Shown piece by piece: positions 12,884-24,167 of a stretch of 64,000 bases of DNA; the first letter of the stretch is position 1, and every line of letters begins with the position of its first letter. Position numbers and translations under genes: made by a program. The stretch is taken from positions 3,038,001-3,102,000 of the forward strand of contig NC_086108.1 in NCBI RefSeq assembly GCF_963921235.1. Direction: 5' to 3'. Under the pieces are notes generated by a model that worked only from the letters and a program-made list of their open reading frames with translations, was not told the origin of the DNA and searched no databases. The DNA comes from Mobula hypostoma. Taxonomy: Eukaryota.

Positions 12884-13367
12884 ATAGAAACATAAAAAAT
12901 AGGTGCAGGAGTAGGCCATTTGGCCCTTCGAGCCTGCACTGCCATTCAGTATGATCATGGCTGATCATCCAACTCAGAACCCTGTATCTGCCTTCTCTCC
13001 ATACCCCCCGATCCCTTTAACCACAAGGGCCATATCTAACTCCCTCTTAAATATAGCCAATGAACTGGCCTCAACTGTTTCCTGTGGCAGAGAATTCCCC
13101 AGATTCACCACTCTCTGTGTGAAGAAGTTTTTCCTCATCTCGGTCCTAAAAGGCTTCCCTTTTATCCTCAAACTGTGACCCCTCGTTCTGGACTTCCCCA
13201 ACATCGGGAACAATCTTCCTACATCTAGCCTGTCCAATCCCTTTAGAATTTTATATGTTTCAATAAGATCCCCCCTCAATCGTCTAAATTCCAGCGAGTA
13301 TAAGCCTAGTCGATCCAGTCTTTCATCATATGAAAGTCCTGCCATCCCAAGAATCAATCTGGTGAAC
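12884..13367 (-). mobile_element. Young-looking 5'-truncated CR1 LINE inserted in the V-SINE
   Basis: Uninterrupted 131-aa ORF2 C-terminus (12974-13369); 7-bp TSD ATGTTTC at 12877-12883 and 13368-13374. Confidence 0.85.
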
Positions 13368-13817
13368 ATGTTTCGATGTACATGTGATAAATAAAGCTAA
13401 TCTTTAAATTATGTTTGGTACCTGACCTACAACATTCAGATGCTGCAATAAATGAAACATAATTTGGATGGATTTCATGCTGCTTAGTTTTTGTGTTTTC
13501 TTCACTTCTACATGCCTGGGCTCCATGTATTTTTTGCACAAGAGCTGAGCAACAGCCTAACATTGTGCTGAGTGCCTCGAGGCATTTTACTGGTGTGGCT
13601 ATAAGATGCCAGCCTTCCAGGTGGGTCAGGTTAATGGAGTTTCTCCATGAAGGGAAATAGATTTCTTTGCCTCTACCTGCTAACGGTGTAAGTCTAGCAG
13701 TGGTTTTATTACTAGAAGCCCCAGGCCTGTAGTTTAGTCAGAGGTGCCAATGCAAATCTAATCCTGACACCTAGGGAAATTAAATTTGAGGAACGAAAGG
13801 AAAGGTCCATTTAATCT

Positions 13818-14270
13818 ACTCTCAGTGGCCACTTGTTTAGGTACACCTGTTCGTTAATGCAAGTATCTAATTGGCCAATCGTGGTATAACTTGATATATT
13901 TTCATGCACAACAGTCTCTAGAACAGAGGTTTCCAATCTTTTTTCTGCCATTGACTCCCTACCGTTAACCAAGGGGACCATGGGAACCCCTGCTCTAGAG
14001 TTTAGAGCGAATGGTGTGATAAACAAGAAAAATCCAGTGACGACAGTTCTATGGTTGGAAATGCCTTGTTAATGAGAGAGGTCAGCAGAGAGTGGCCAGC
14101 CTAGTTCAAGCTGACAGGAAGGCAACAGTAACTCAAAATCACGCCTTACCACAGTGGTGTGCTGAAAATTACCTCTGAATACACGTCAAAACCTTGAAGT
14201 GGATGGTCTATATCAGCAGAAGACTGTGACCATAAACTCAGTGGCCACTTTATTAGGAACAGGAGGCCAC
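13818..14270 (+). mobile_element. Tc1-derived non-autonomous element (CACTCAGTGGCCACTTTATTAGG family) containing a hAT MITE at 13924-13992
   Basis: Terminal motif shared with 22960-23482 and 23830-27810; MITE TSD CTCTAGAA / CTCTAGAG. Confidence 0.7.
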
Positions 14271-14298
14271 TCGGTATATCTGATTATTATAAAATACT

Positions 14299-16457
14299 TA
14301 TAAAATCCCCACTGCTTTATTTTCACCACGGATGTCCAGTCCCTATATACTTCCATCCCCCATCAGGAAGGATTCCAGACCTAACCAGTTCCCCTCTACC
14401 ACCACTCTGCTCCATCTAGCGGATTTAGTCCTTACTCTTAATAATTTCTCCTTTGGCTCATCCCACTTCCTCCAAACTAAAGATGTAGCCATGAGCACCC
14501 GTATGGGTCCCAGCTATGCCTACCTTTTCAACACCTCATATACCGTCTACGTAGTCTCCAGCCCCTTGGTATGAACATAGAATTCTCCAACTTCTGGTAA
14601 TTCCCTCCCCCTCCCTTCCTCTATCCCCATTTCACATCACCTCCCTCATAGTTCCGCCTCTTTCTACTACTGCGCATTGTTCTCCTGCCAATCACCTCCC
14701 TGCTTCCCCTCCCCCACCCCTTTGTCTTTCAAATTACTGTTTTTTTCAACTACCAGCATTCTTCAAACCCTCCCCAAAGTTCTTCCTTCAGTCTTGACGA
14801 AGGGTTTCGGCCCGAAACGTCGACTAATCTTTTCAACTGATGCTGACTGACCCGCTAAGTTCCTCCAGTGCATTGTGAGTATGCCTGCCTTTTTGTTGGC
14901 TTTGTGGAACAATCTATGTTCCAAACCTATTCTGGTATCTGTCCCCCACTTTTCCTTCGCTACATCGACGACTGCATTGGCGCTGCTTCCTGCACGCATG
15001 CTGAGCTCATTGACTTCATTAACTTTGCCTCCAACTTTTACCCTGCCCTCAAGTTGATCTGGTCCATTTCCGACACCTCCCTCCCCTTTCTAGATCTTTC
15101 TGTCTCTATCTCTGGAGACAGCTTATCTACTGATGTCTACTATAAGCCTACTGACTCTCACAGCTATCTGGACTTTTCCTCTTCTCACCCTGTCTCTTGC
15201 AAAAATGCCATCCCCTTCTCGCAATTCCTCCATCTCCGCTGCATTTGCTCTCAGGATGAGGTTTTTCATTCCGGGATGAAGGAGATGTCTTCCTTTTTTA
15301 AAGAAAGGGGCTTCCCTTCCTCTACCATCAACTCTGCTCTCAAACGCATCTCCCCCATTTCACGCATCTGCTCTCACGCCATCATCCCGCCACCCCACTA
15401 GGAATAGGGTTCCCCTTGTCCTCACCTACCACCCCACCAGCCTCCGGGTCCAACATATAATTCTCCATAACTTCCACCACCTCCAACGGGATCCCACCAC
15501 TATGCACATCTTTCCCTCCCCCTCTCTCTCTGCTTTCCGCAGGGATCGCTCCCTACGCGACTCCCTTGACCATTCATCCCCCCCCATCCCTCCCCACGGA
15601 TCTCCCTCCTGGCACTTATGCTTGTAAGCGGAACAAGTGTTACACATGCCCTTACACTTCCTCCCTCACTACTAATCAGGGCTCCAGACAGTCCTTCCAG
15701 GTGAGGCAACACTTCACCTGTGAGTCGGCTGGGTGATATACTGTGTTCAGTGCTCCCGATGTGGCCTTCTATATATTGGCGAGACTTGACACTAGACTGG
15801 GAGATCGTTTCGCTGAACACCTGCGCTCTGTCTGCCAGAGAAAGCAGGATCTCCCAGTGGCCACACATTTTAATTCCACGTCCCATTCCCATTCTGACAT
15901 GTCTATCCACGGCCTCCTCTACTGTAAAGATGAAGCCACACTCAGGTTGGAGGAACAACAACAACAACTTGTCTGGGTAGCCTCCAACCTGATGGCATGA
16001 ACATTGACTTCTCAAACTTCCACTGATGCCCCACCTCCCCCTCATACCCCATCCGTTATTTATTTATATACAGACACATTATTTCTCTCTCTCTCCTTTT
16101 TCTCCCTCTGTCCCTCTCACTATACCCCATGTCCATCCTCTGGGCTTTTCCTCCCCTTCCCCTTTCTCCCTAGGCCTCCTGTCCCATGATCCTCTCATAT
16201 CTCTTTTGCCAATCACCTGTCCAGCTCTTGGCTCCATCCCTCCCCCTCCTGTCTTCTATCATTTTGGATCTCCCCCTTCCCCTCCCACTTTCAAATCTCT
16301 TACTAGCTCTTCCTTCAGTTAGTCCTGACGAAGGGTCTCGGCCCGAAACGACGACTGTACCTCTTCCTAGAGATGCTGCCTGGCCTGCTGTGTTCACCAG
16401 CAACTTTTATGTGTGTTGCTTGAAATCCCAGCATCTGCAGATTTCCTCATGTTTGCG
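14299..16457 (+). mobile_element. Penelope-like element (RT + GIY-YIG endonuclease + pLTR), 5'-truncated
   Basis: GPSYA, FLRYIDD, YYKPTDSHSYL, AIPFSQFL (PLE RT); YIGET-like / LGDRFAEHLRSV (GIY-YIG); 13-bp TSD ATTATAAAATACT at 14286-14298 and 16458-16470. Confidence 0.92.
14529..14879 (+). mobile_element. pLTR of a second Penelope subfamily nested in the PLE RT gene
   Basis: 14-bp TSD TATGCCT(A/G)CCTTTT at 14515-14528 and 14880-14893; hammerhead-like motif at 14789-14826. Confidence 0.85.
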
Positions 16458-16639
16458 ATTATAAAATACTGTCTGGATTACAATCTTTTCCCAATCTGAC
16501 CAATCAACTGCCACCTTGATTGTCAGAATAAAGATTTGGAGGTGGGTAATAAAAGTCAAGTGAATAAATGCATTTAAGAAAGGATAGATTTTTACTCGAG
16601 GCATGCAAGATAAGCAGAGAGGTGTTAGGTGAACTCTAC

Positions 16640-17398
16640 TCTCTACTTTAGAAGACTTCGACTTTGTGGATGACCTGGCATTACTATGACATACACACAG
16701 CACCTGTGTACCTTTGGTTGGCAGGTTGGACTCAGCTGGAGAATGTCTGAGACCTTGACCCTTGGTGTAGAGTCTCCTCCTCCTGTCAAGGCACATGGCG
16801 TTGTCTTACCCAGCACCAGCAGATTCACCTAACAGGGTAGCATCATTCAGCAAGATGGTGGGACTAACGACGACATCCAGTGCAGACTCAAAAGCTAGAA
16901 ACATCTTCAGATCAATGACTAAAATGTGAGAATCGATCAGACAAAGCATCCATGCCAAGGTGAAGCAGTACCAGAGCAATGTTCTGTCCACACTATTGTA
17001 CCCGTCAGAATACTGGCGCGTGACAGAGAGCGATCTTTCCAAGCTGTCATCGTTCCACAGCATGAGCCTCCGGAAGATCCTCTGTATTTTCCGACTGATC
17101 TCCAACCACGCCCTTCTCCTTCTGTGTCACCAAGGCCACAATCATCATGAGGAAACTTTGGAGGTTGATTGGGCATGTGACGAGGCCGACTCCATCATCA
17201 AGACAACCCTTCATTGGTCCCCTGAACAGCGGAGGAAAGATGGGAGATCAAAGACAACTTGGTGCCGTACCGTAGAGGCAGAAATGAGGCCCCTAAAACA
17301 CAGCTGGGGCACAATGGAGAAGATGGCAGAGGACACACAGAGATGGAGGACCTTCATTGCTGCCCTGAGCACCAGCGGTGTAATGCGCAGTAAGGAAG
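16640..17398 (+). mobile_element. RTE-clade LINE 3' fragment
   Basis: DF.DDLALL and YQSNVLSTLLY.SE.W...FHSMSLRKIL...RWRTFIAAL, typical of the RTE RT C-terminus. Confidence 0.8.
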
Positions 17399-18198
17399 GA
17401 AGTTGTACTTGAAGGTATTGGGCTGCATTAGTGAATCACTGCACTCCAAGTGTGAGAATCCCCACAACACTTAGTTTCAGATTTTTTTTTTATCACATAT
17501 CGTCAAAACATACAGTGAAATGTGTTTTGTGTGTTAACAACCAACACACCCAAGAATGTGATGTGGGCAGCCTGCAAGTGTCGCCACACGTTCCAGTGCC
17601 AACATAGTATGCCCATAAGGTTCAGCAAAGCACAATCAAGCTGGGAAACAAAAATAGTCAACAGCAAAACAAGCCACTTTTTTTCATACACACACGCAGA
17701 TATGCATCTGACTCCAGGATAGGTTGCCCCTAGGCCTCCAAACCTTGCCCCCCCCCCCCAGATTCTCAGACATAAAACCTCCAGATTTTGACTTCACCCA
17801 CGATGCTGGTTACGGGCTTGACCTTTGGGCCTTGACCTCTGGACTTACACTGACCTCTGAGTCTGGTGACCTGGGCCCACGTGACACTTCAGGGAGGGAG
17901 TTCGAGGACTTTGACGCAGTGATGGTGAAGTCAGGATGGTTGTGTCTCGGAGGGCAGCTTCCAAGTGTCCTTGTCTTCAAGCTAGGCGAGGTCATGGCTT
18001 TGAAAAGCTGTTTAAGGAGTCTTTGTGATGGAGCTGAATCAAGTTGGTTTCAAGACTTAAGATTGTTCGATGTCATTGCCAGTACACAAATGTAAAGGAG
18101 AAAGAAATAATTGTTACTCCAGCTCCAATGCAGTCCAAGAATATAATAATAACAAAAGAAAAGCACAATGAATATAAATATATAGAGTATATTTTACA

Positions 18199-18261
18199 CA
18201 GTACTGTGCAAATGTCTTGGGTATATATAGCTAGGGTGCCTAAGACTTTTGCACAGTACTG
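18199..18261. mobile_element. Short Tc1-type MITE
   Basis: Inverted ends CAGTACTGTGCAAA / TTTGCACAGTACTG, TA at the right flank; related ends at 18659-18690 and 19478-19488. Confidence 0.65.
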
Positions 18262-18690
18262 TATGTATCAACGTGGAGCAGAGAGCGAGTCTGTAAATCT
18301 GGCAGGAGCAAGGAATATTGGGAATGGCAAGGTTAGAGTGCCGCGAGAGGGGTGTGGGACAGGTGGCAGAGAGGGAGTGCCAGCGGCAGGGGCGGGGGGG
18401 TTGTGTTTGGTGCGCATGCAGACACACCTTGAAAAGGTCATTTGATTAACAATTGGTTTATTGATCATTACGAAAGGTGTCTCTAGTATTTCCTGCTGCT
18501 TCCCCTTTCCCAGCCATGATCCCCCCTCTCTCTCTCCTCTCCCCACTCTCAGTCCTCAATAGAGATCCATACCAGAATCAGGTTTATCATCACTCACATA
18601 TCTCATGAAATTTGTTTTTATTTTGTGGCAGCAGTACAGTGCAATACATAGAATTACTCAGGTACTGTACAAAAGTCTTGGCCACCCTAT

Positions 18691-19470
18691 TTTTTATTTA
18701 TTTATTTTTCTCACCTCTTATGGGTGGTGTGTGTGTGTATTTTTCCTTCACTTGGGTCCTCTACCAGAGCCCTGGGAGCTTGAGGGTTTGGTACTGTATC
18801 CTGTAGCGTACTTTTCTGGACTGAGATCTCAGTTGTTGTTCCTGAGACTTGTTGGAGCTAATCTCCCAGTCCAGGTTTCACAGATCCAAGTGCCCCTATC
18901 ACCACTGGGATTACTCTGGCTTCAACCTTCCACACCCTTCCTATCTGCTCTTTCAAACCCTGGTACTTTTGGTATTCTTTCCTCCTGATGCTACTGTCAT
19001 TCAGGATTGCCACATCTCTTATTATTGCTTTCTTCTGTTCCTTGTCCAGTATCACTCCGTCTGGTTGGTTGGCCAGTACCTGCTTATCAGTGTGTATTTG
19101 GAAGTCTCACAGGATCTTAGCTCTGTCATTCTCAGGTGTTTCCCATTTGGACTTGGGAGTGTCCAGTCCCTATGCAGCACAGATGTTCCTGTACATAATT
19201 CCTGCAGCTTGGTTGTGCTGTTTGGTGTGTGCCATCCCTCCCTGTATCTTGCACCCTGCTACTATGTGCTGGGTGGTTTCAGCAGATTCCTTGCACAGTC
19301 TGCATCTTGGGTCTTGTCTGGTGTGATAGACCTCTGCTTCTGTTGCTCTTGTGCTCAGCACCTCTTCTGGTGCAGCCATGAGCAGCACCTCTGCCGTCCC
19401 TCAGCCCTGCCACTTCCAGCCATTGGTAGGGCTTTCTTGTGTCAGAAGACCAGAAGCCACGGCAGGACAA
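18691..19470 (-). mobile_element. R4/Dong/Rex6-like RLE non-LTR retrotransposon 3' fragment
   Basis: CRLCKESAETTQHIVAGC, HNQ.A, PD...DKEQKKAII.DVA, PVVIGALG (zinc knuckle + RLE); (TAAA)n/A tail. Confidence 0.85.
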
Positions 19471-19852
19471 GCCACTGCACAGTACCGTATTTACCTAGAT
19501 TGATTGAATGTCCATAAAGTGACGCTAGGCACAGGAGTGGCTGTACATTGGGTGACAGACAGGAAATGATCAAGTGGTGATGGTAGGTTAGTGGGAGGAG
19601 GTGTTGATCAGCCTTTCTGCTCGGGGAGAGTAACTGCTTTTGAGTCTGGTGGTCCTGGCATGGATACTACATAGCCTCCTCCCTGATGGGAGTGGGACAA
19701 ACAGTCCGTGAGCAGAGTGGGTGGGATTCTTCACGATATTACCATCACTAATTTGTTTCTGTTCTAATACTCCCTTGTTCCTGCAGAGATTTCCCATTAA
19801 TGATGTGTCATTTCCCACCTGAGACTCATCACAGCATGAATTTATTTTTCAG

Positions 19853-19908
19853 GCAATCGCACACTATGAACAAGCAGCGGACTACTACAAGGGTGAAGAA
19901 TCGAACAG
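19853..19908 (+). CDS. NAPA: alpha-SNAP exon (human exon 6 equivalent), AIAHYEQAADYYKGEESN(S)
   Basis: TTTTTCAG acceptor, GTAAAT donor; 56 nt; phase matches the next exon. Confidence 0.96.
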
Positions 19909-20119
19909 GTAAATATTGTGAGTGGCTTGGAACCTATTTTCTAATATCTGTAGTATTCCTCAGTCTCAGATTGCAGTTTGCAAAAATAAACATTAGAGTC
20001 TTATTACTTACAATTTCTAGAACCTGGAGCATTACAGCTCCCTCCTTTAACCAACTCTAAGATCAGTTAACCCAGGGGTTCCCAACCTGGAGTCATCAGA
20101 CTCCTTGCTTAATAAAGCT

Positions 20120-20449
20120 GCGGAAAGTTCTGAACTCCATCATGGGCATTGGTCTCTAGCATCCAGGACACCTTCAAGGAGCGATACTTCAGAAAGGCAA
20201 CGTCCAACACTGAGGACCCCTTTCACCTAGGTCATGCCTTCTTCTCATTGCTACCATCAGGAAGGAGGTGCAGGAGCCTGAAGACACACACTCAGCGATT
20301 CAGGAACAGCTTCTTCCCCTCTGCCACCTGATTTCTGACTGGACATTGAACTCATGTACACTACCTCACTACTTTTTTATTTCAGTTACTCTTGTGCTAC
20401 TTATTTTAACTTAACTAGTTAATTAATTTATATATATGTGTGTGTGTGT

Positions 20450-20480
<31 letters not shown>

Positions 20481-20670
20481 ATGTGTGTGTGTATATATAT
20501 ATATACAGTAAATTTATTTTTATGTTTTATGTAAATATTTATGTTGAACAAGTGCATGTATAAATAACCTGCTGTAATTCAGTTTTTATTATTGTATATT
20601 ACATTGTACTGCTGCTGCAAAAGCAACAAATTTCACTACATATTGCTGTGATATTAAACCTGACTCTGAT
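20120..20670 (+). mobile_element. Rex1/Babar-related 3' fragment with (TA)/(TG) microsatellite, inside hAT MITE ends (20073-20706)
   Basis: HLGHAFFSLLPSGRR..SLKTHTQRFRNSFFP motif; similar fragments at 19590-19740(-), 39280-39720(-), 54370-54600(-), 56040-56735(+), 57480-57915(+). Confidence 0.7.
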
Positions 20671-21399
20671 ATTGGTCCAAGGCATTTAAAAGGTTGGGAA
20701 TCCCTGGCCTAACCCTTCCCTCCTACATAGGCCTCCATTTTTCTATCATCCGTATGCCTATCTAAGCATTTCTTAATGCCCTTAATTTATCTGCCTTTAC
20801 TGCCATCACTGGCGAGGCATTTCCACGTACCCACCACTCTCTATGTCTATACAAAAAAGATACCTCTGGCATCCCCCTATGCTTTCGAAAGTTATGGCCC
20901 TTATATTAGCCATTCTTGCTGAAGAACAGAAATGGTGGTGAATGTTGGTAGCTCGAGTTGAGGCATTAGATGTTAGTGTTCGCTGAGCTTGCAGACGTTT
21001 CATCAGCAGCCGAGGTTTCACCCTCAGTGTGTAGTCGTTGGCCTTTCTCTCTGGGAGTGTTTGTGTTTATACAGACTCCCATGCATTACGTGTTGGGGGG
21101 GTGGTTGCTATATAAACACGAGCACTCCCAGAGAGAAACACCAGCAACTGCGCACTGAGGATGTCTCCTCAACTGGTGATGAAATGTCTGCAAGCTATTC
21201 GCCAAGCTCGGCAAACACCATGACATCACACTAAGTGTTTCTATTCATTGATTCTTTCCAGCGGTCTGCAGATCAGCTGATACTATTCTTGTTTAGGTGC
21301 AGAAATCGTGTGGAATGCTCGAGAATATATTAATCCTACAGATTGTGTTTTGTGTATTGTGTATATATATAATCCTACAGATTGTGTTTTGCTCCGCAG

Positions 21400-21484
21400 C
21401 TCTGCGAATAAGTGTTTGCTGAAAGTCGCCACATATGCCGCGCAGCTGGAGCAGTATCCCAAAGCCATCGAGATATATGAGCAG
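21400..21484 (+). CDS. NAPA: alpha-SNAP exon (human exon 7 equivalent), [28 protein letters not shown]
   Basis: CAG acceptor ending 21399, GTGAGT donor; 85 nt. Confidence 0.96.
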
Positions 21485-22199
21485 GTGAGTGTTTGCTTTC
21501 AACTTTCCTGTCATTCCTGTGTGCAGGTAAACAAAGCATCGTTCCTCTGGGGCCAAGCTGCGAAACATAGTACATACAGTATGAGCTGTGTATGACTGTA
21601 TAGTTACAGTTCATCTGATTACTCTTTGTCTCTCCCTCTGTTTCACGTTGGAAGCTGCACCAAGCAATTTTCAGATGGCTGCTACAGTGATCTGGTGAAT
21701 ATAATACCATAAGATCTAGGAATATTTTAGGCCATTTGGTCCATTAAGTCTGCTCAACCATTTCATAATGGGTGATCCATTTTCCCTCTCAGCCTCAATA
21801 GCCTGCCTTCTCCCCATATCCCTTCATTTCCTGACTAATCCAGAATCTATCAACCTTTGCCTTAAGTATACTCAATGACTTGTCCTCCACAGCCACCTGT
21901 GGCAACGAATTCCACGGATTCATCACTCTCTGGCTGAGAAATTCCTTCTCGTATCTGTTCAGAAGGGGTGGTCCTCTATTCTGAGGCTGTGCCCTCTGGT
22001 GTTACACAGGAAACATCCTCCCACATTCCAAAGGTCTCATGCGTGTAATTGGGCAGAGCAGGCTCGTTGAACTGGAAGGGCCTGTTATTATGCTGTATCT
22101 GAAAATAAAAAATGGTGGGTGAATAATTACTTGTATTCCTACTCCTGACTACTCCTCTGACCCGTGCTGCAGTTCCCCTGTGAATAACAACAATAAACA

Positions 22200-22720
22200 A
22201 ACTGAAGCAACACACACTGAATGCTGGAGGAACTCAAAAAGCGGATCAGGCAGCATCACGGAAAAGAGTAGAGAGTTGATGTTTTGGGACGAGACCCTTC
22301 ATCAGGACTGAGAAGGAAGGGGGAAGCTACCAGAATAAAAAGACGGGGGGGGGAGGGGAAAGCAGCTAGCTGGAAGTTGATAGGTGAAGTCGGATGGATG
22401 AGAAAGGTAGAGGGCTGGAGAGGAGAGTGGATAATAGGAGAAGGGGGAGGAAGAGGGGTTTTGGAGAGGTCCATGACAGGCAGAAGCGAGAAAGGCCTGG
22501 AGCTATGGCAGAGACTGAGATAGTCACCAGCTACTGAAACGAAGCAATGCCTTCAACCAAAGCAGAAACCAGGTGGGTGGAAAAGGTCAAGGGCTGGAGA
22601 AGAAAGAACCTGATGGGAGAGGAGAGTGAACAGTAGGAGAAAGGGAAGGAAGAGGGCACCTGAGGGAAGTAATAAGCAAGTGAAAAGAAGTGGAAGGTCA
22701 GAGTAGGGAATGGGGGGGTG
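22200..22720 (-). mobile_element. Decayed Penelope pLTR-derived repeat
   Basis: ATGCTGGAGGAACTC...GAGACCCTTCATCAGGACTG motif; similar copies at 36115-36590(-), 42460-42595(-), 55405-55860(-). Confidence 0.7.
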
Positions 22721-22959
22721 GGATATGAATGCTTGCTGCGTAGCTTCTTGCCAGCTTCCCAAACATGGTTACCATCTTCTGAAGTAGAAACTAATGAAGG
22801 GTTTAAACAAGGTCAATAGTTGGGTGGGTGGCTGGGTGGAGGAAAGGGAATCAAATGCCCTGAAGTTCCAGGTTTGTCATTGACCTACCTTCCCTTTTGC
22901 TTTCCAAATTTCAGAGTTAATTTCTGGTATTCATTCACTTAGCCATTACCAATTGCTTC

Positions 22960-23482
22960 TACACTCAGTGGCTACTTCACTGGTTACCTCCTGTACCCAA
23001 CAGAGTGGCCTCTGAGCGAATGTTTATGCTGTAGCCCATCCACTGCAAGGTTTGACATGTGCGTTCAGAGATGTTCTTCAGCATACCACAGTTATAACAT
23101 CAGTTACTGTTGTCTTCCTGTCTGTTTGAACCAATCCAGCCATTCTCCACTGACCTTTCTCATTAGCAAGGCACTTTCACCCACAGAACTGCAGCTCACT
23201 GGATTTTTGTTTTTGTTTTCGCACCATTCTCTGTAAATTCTACAGAGTGTGCGTGAAATTCCCAGGATGCTGTCGCAGTTTTTGAAATACTCAAACTGCC
23301 CCATTTCACAGTCAAAGTCACTTAGATCACATTTCTTCCCCATTCTGATGTTTGGTCTGACAATTAACTGAACCTTTTGACATGTCTGCATGCTTTTATG
23401 CATTGAGTTGCTGCTACATGATTGGCTGATTGGATATTTGCATGGATGAGCAAGAGTACCTAATAAAGTGGCCACTGAGTGT
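22960..23482 (-). mobile_element. Tc1-derived non-autonomous element
   Basis: Inverted termini CACTCAGTGGC.ACTT / AAAGTGGCCACTGAGTG + TA; remnant NIRMGKKCDLSDFD. Confidence 0.75.
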
Positions 23483-24167
23483 AAGATTTGATCCTATCAT
23501 GGTGCTTCAGAGAGGTCATAGTGGACAAGGCCCCATCTCCTTTTCTAAATTACATCAGTGAGCTGGATTCTTAAGACTAGTAGTTTCAATCACCATGGCT
23601 AATGTTAGCTATTCATTGCAGATTTAATTAACTGTCATTAGTCCAGCCTGTTTTACCAGTCCAGTAACATTGGTCCGATCTTGCTGTGCCTTGTTTGTGT
23701 TGGTTTCCTCAAAGTAATTGTTAATCTTTCATTGGTGTCCTTGTATTCTGCCCCTCCCCCACACCGTTTCCAGTTTTCTGTTGTTTTTAGTTGCATAGCT
23801 GACTAGCTAATCCTTAGTACCTTTCATGCATTCAGTGATCACTTTATTAGGAATACCTGCTCATTAATCAGCAACTATCTAATCAGCCAATCATGTGGTA
23901 GCAACTCAATGCATAAAAACATGCAAACAAGGTCAAGAGGTTCAGTTGTTCAGACTAGATATCAGACTGGGGGGAGAAAGTAATTGAAGTGACTTGATTG
24001 TGGAATGATTGTTGGACTGCTGTTGATCTCCTGGAATTTCCATGCACAACAGTCTCTAGAGTTGCGAGGGAAAAAAATCCAGTAGGCAGCAGTTCTGTGG
24101 GTGAAAATGCCTTGTTAATGAGAGCGGTCAGAGAAGAATGGCCAGACTGGTTCACACAGACAGGAAG

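Noticed and set aside
18849..19517. 222-aa plus-strand ORF
   Set aside because: Antisense to the R4-like fragment.
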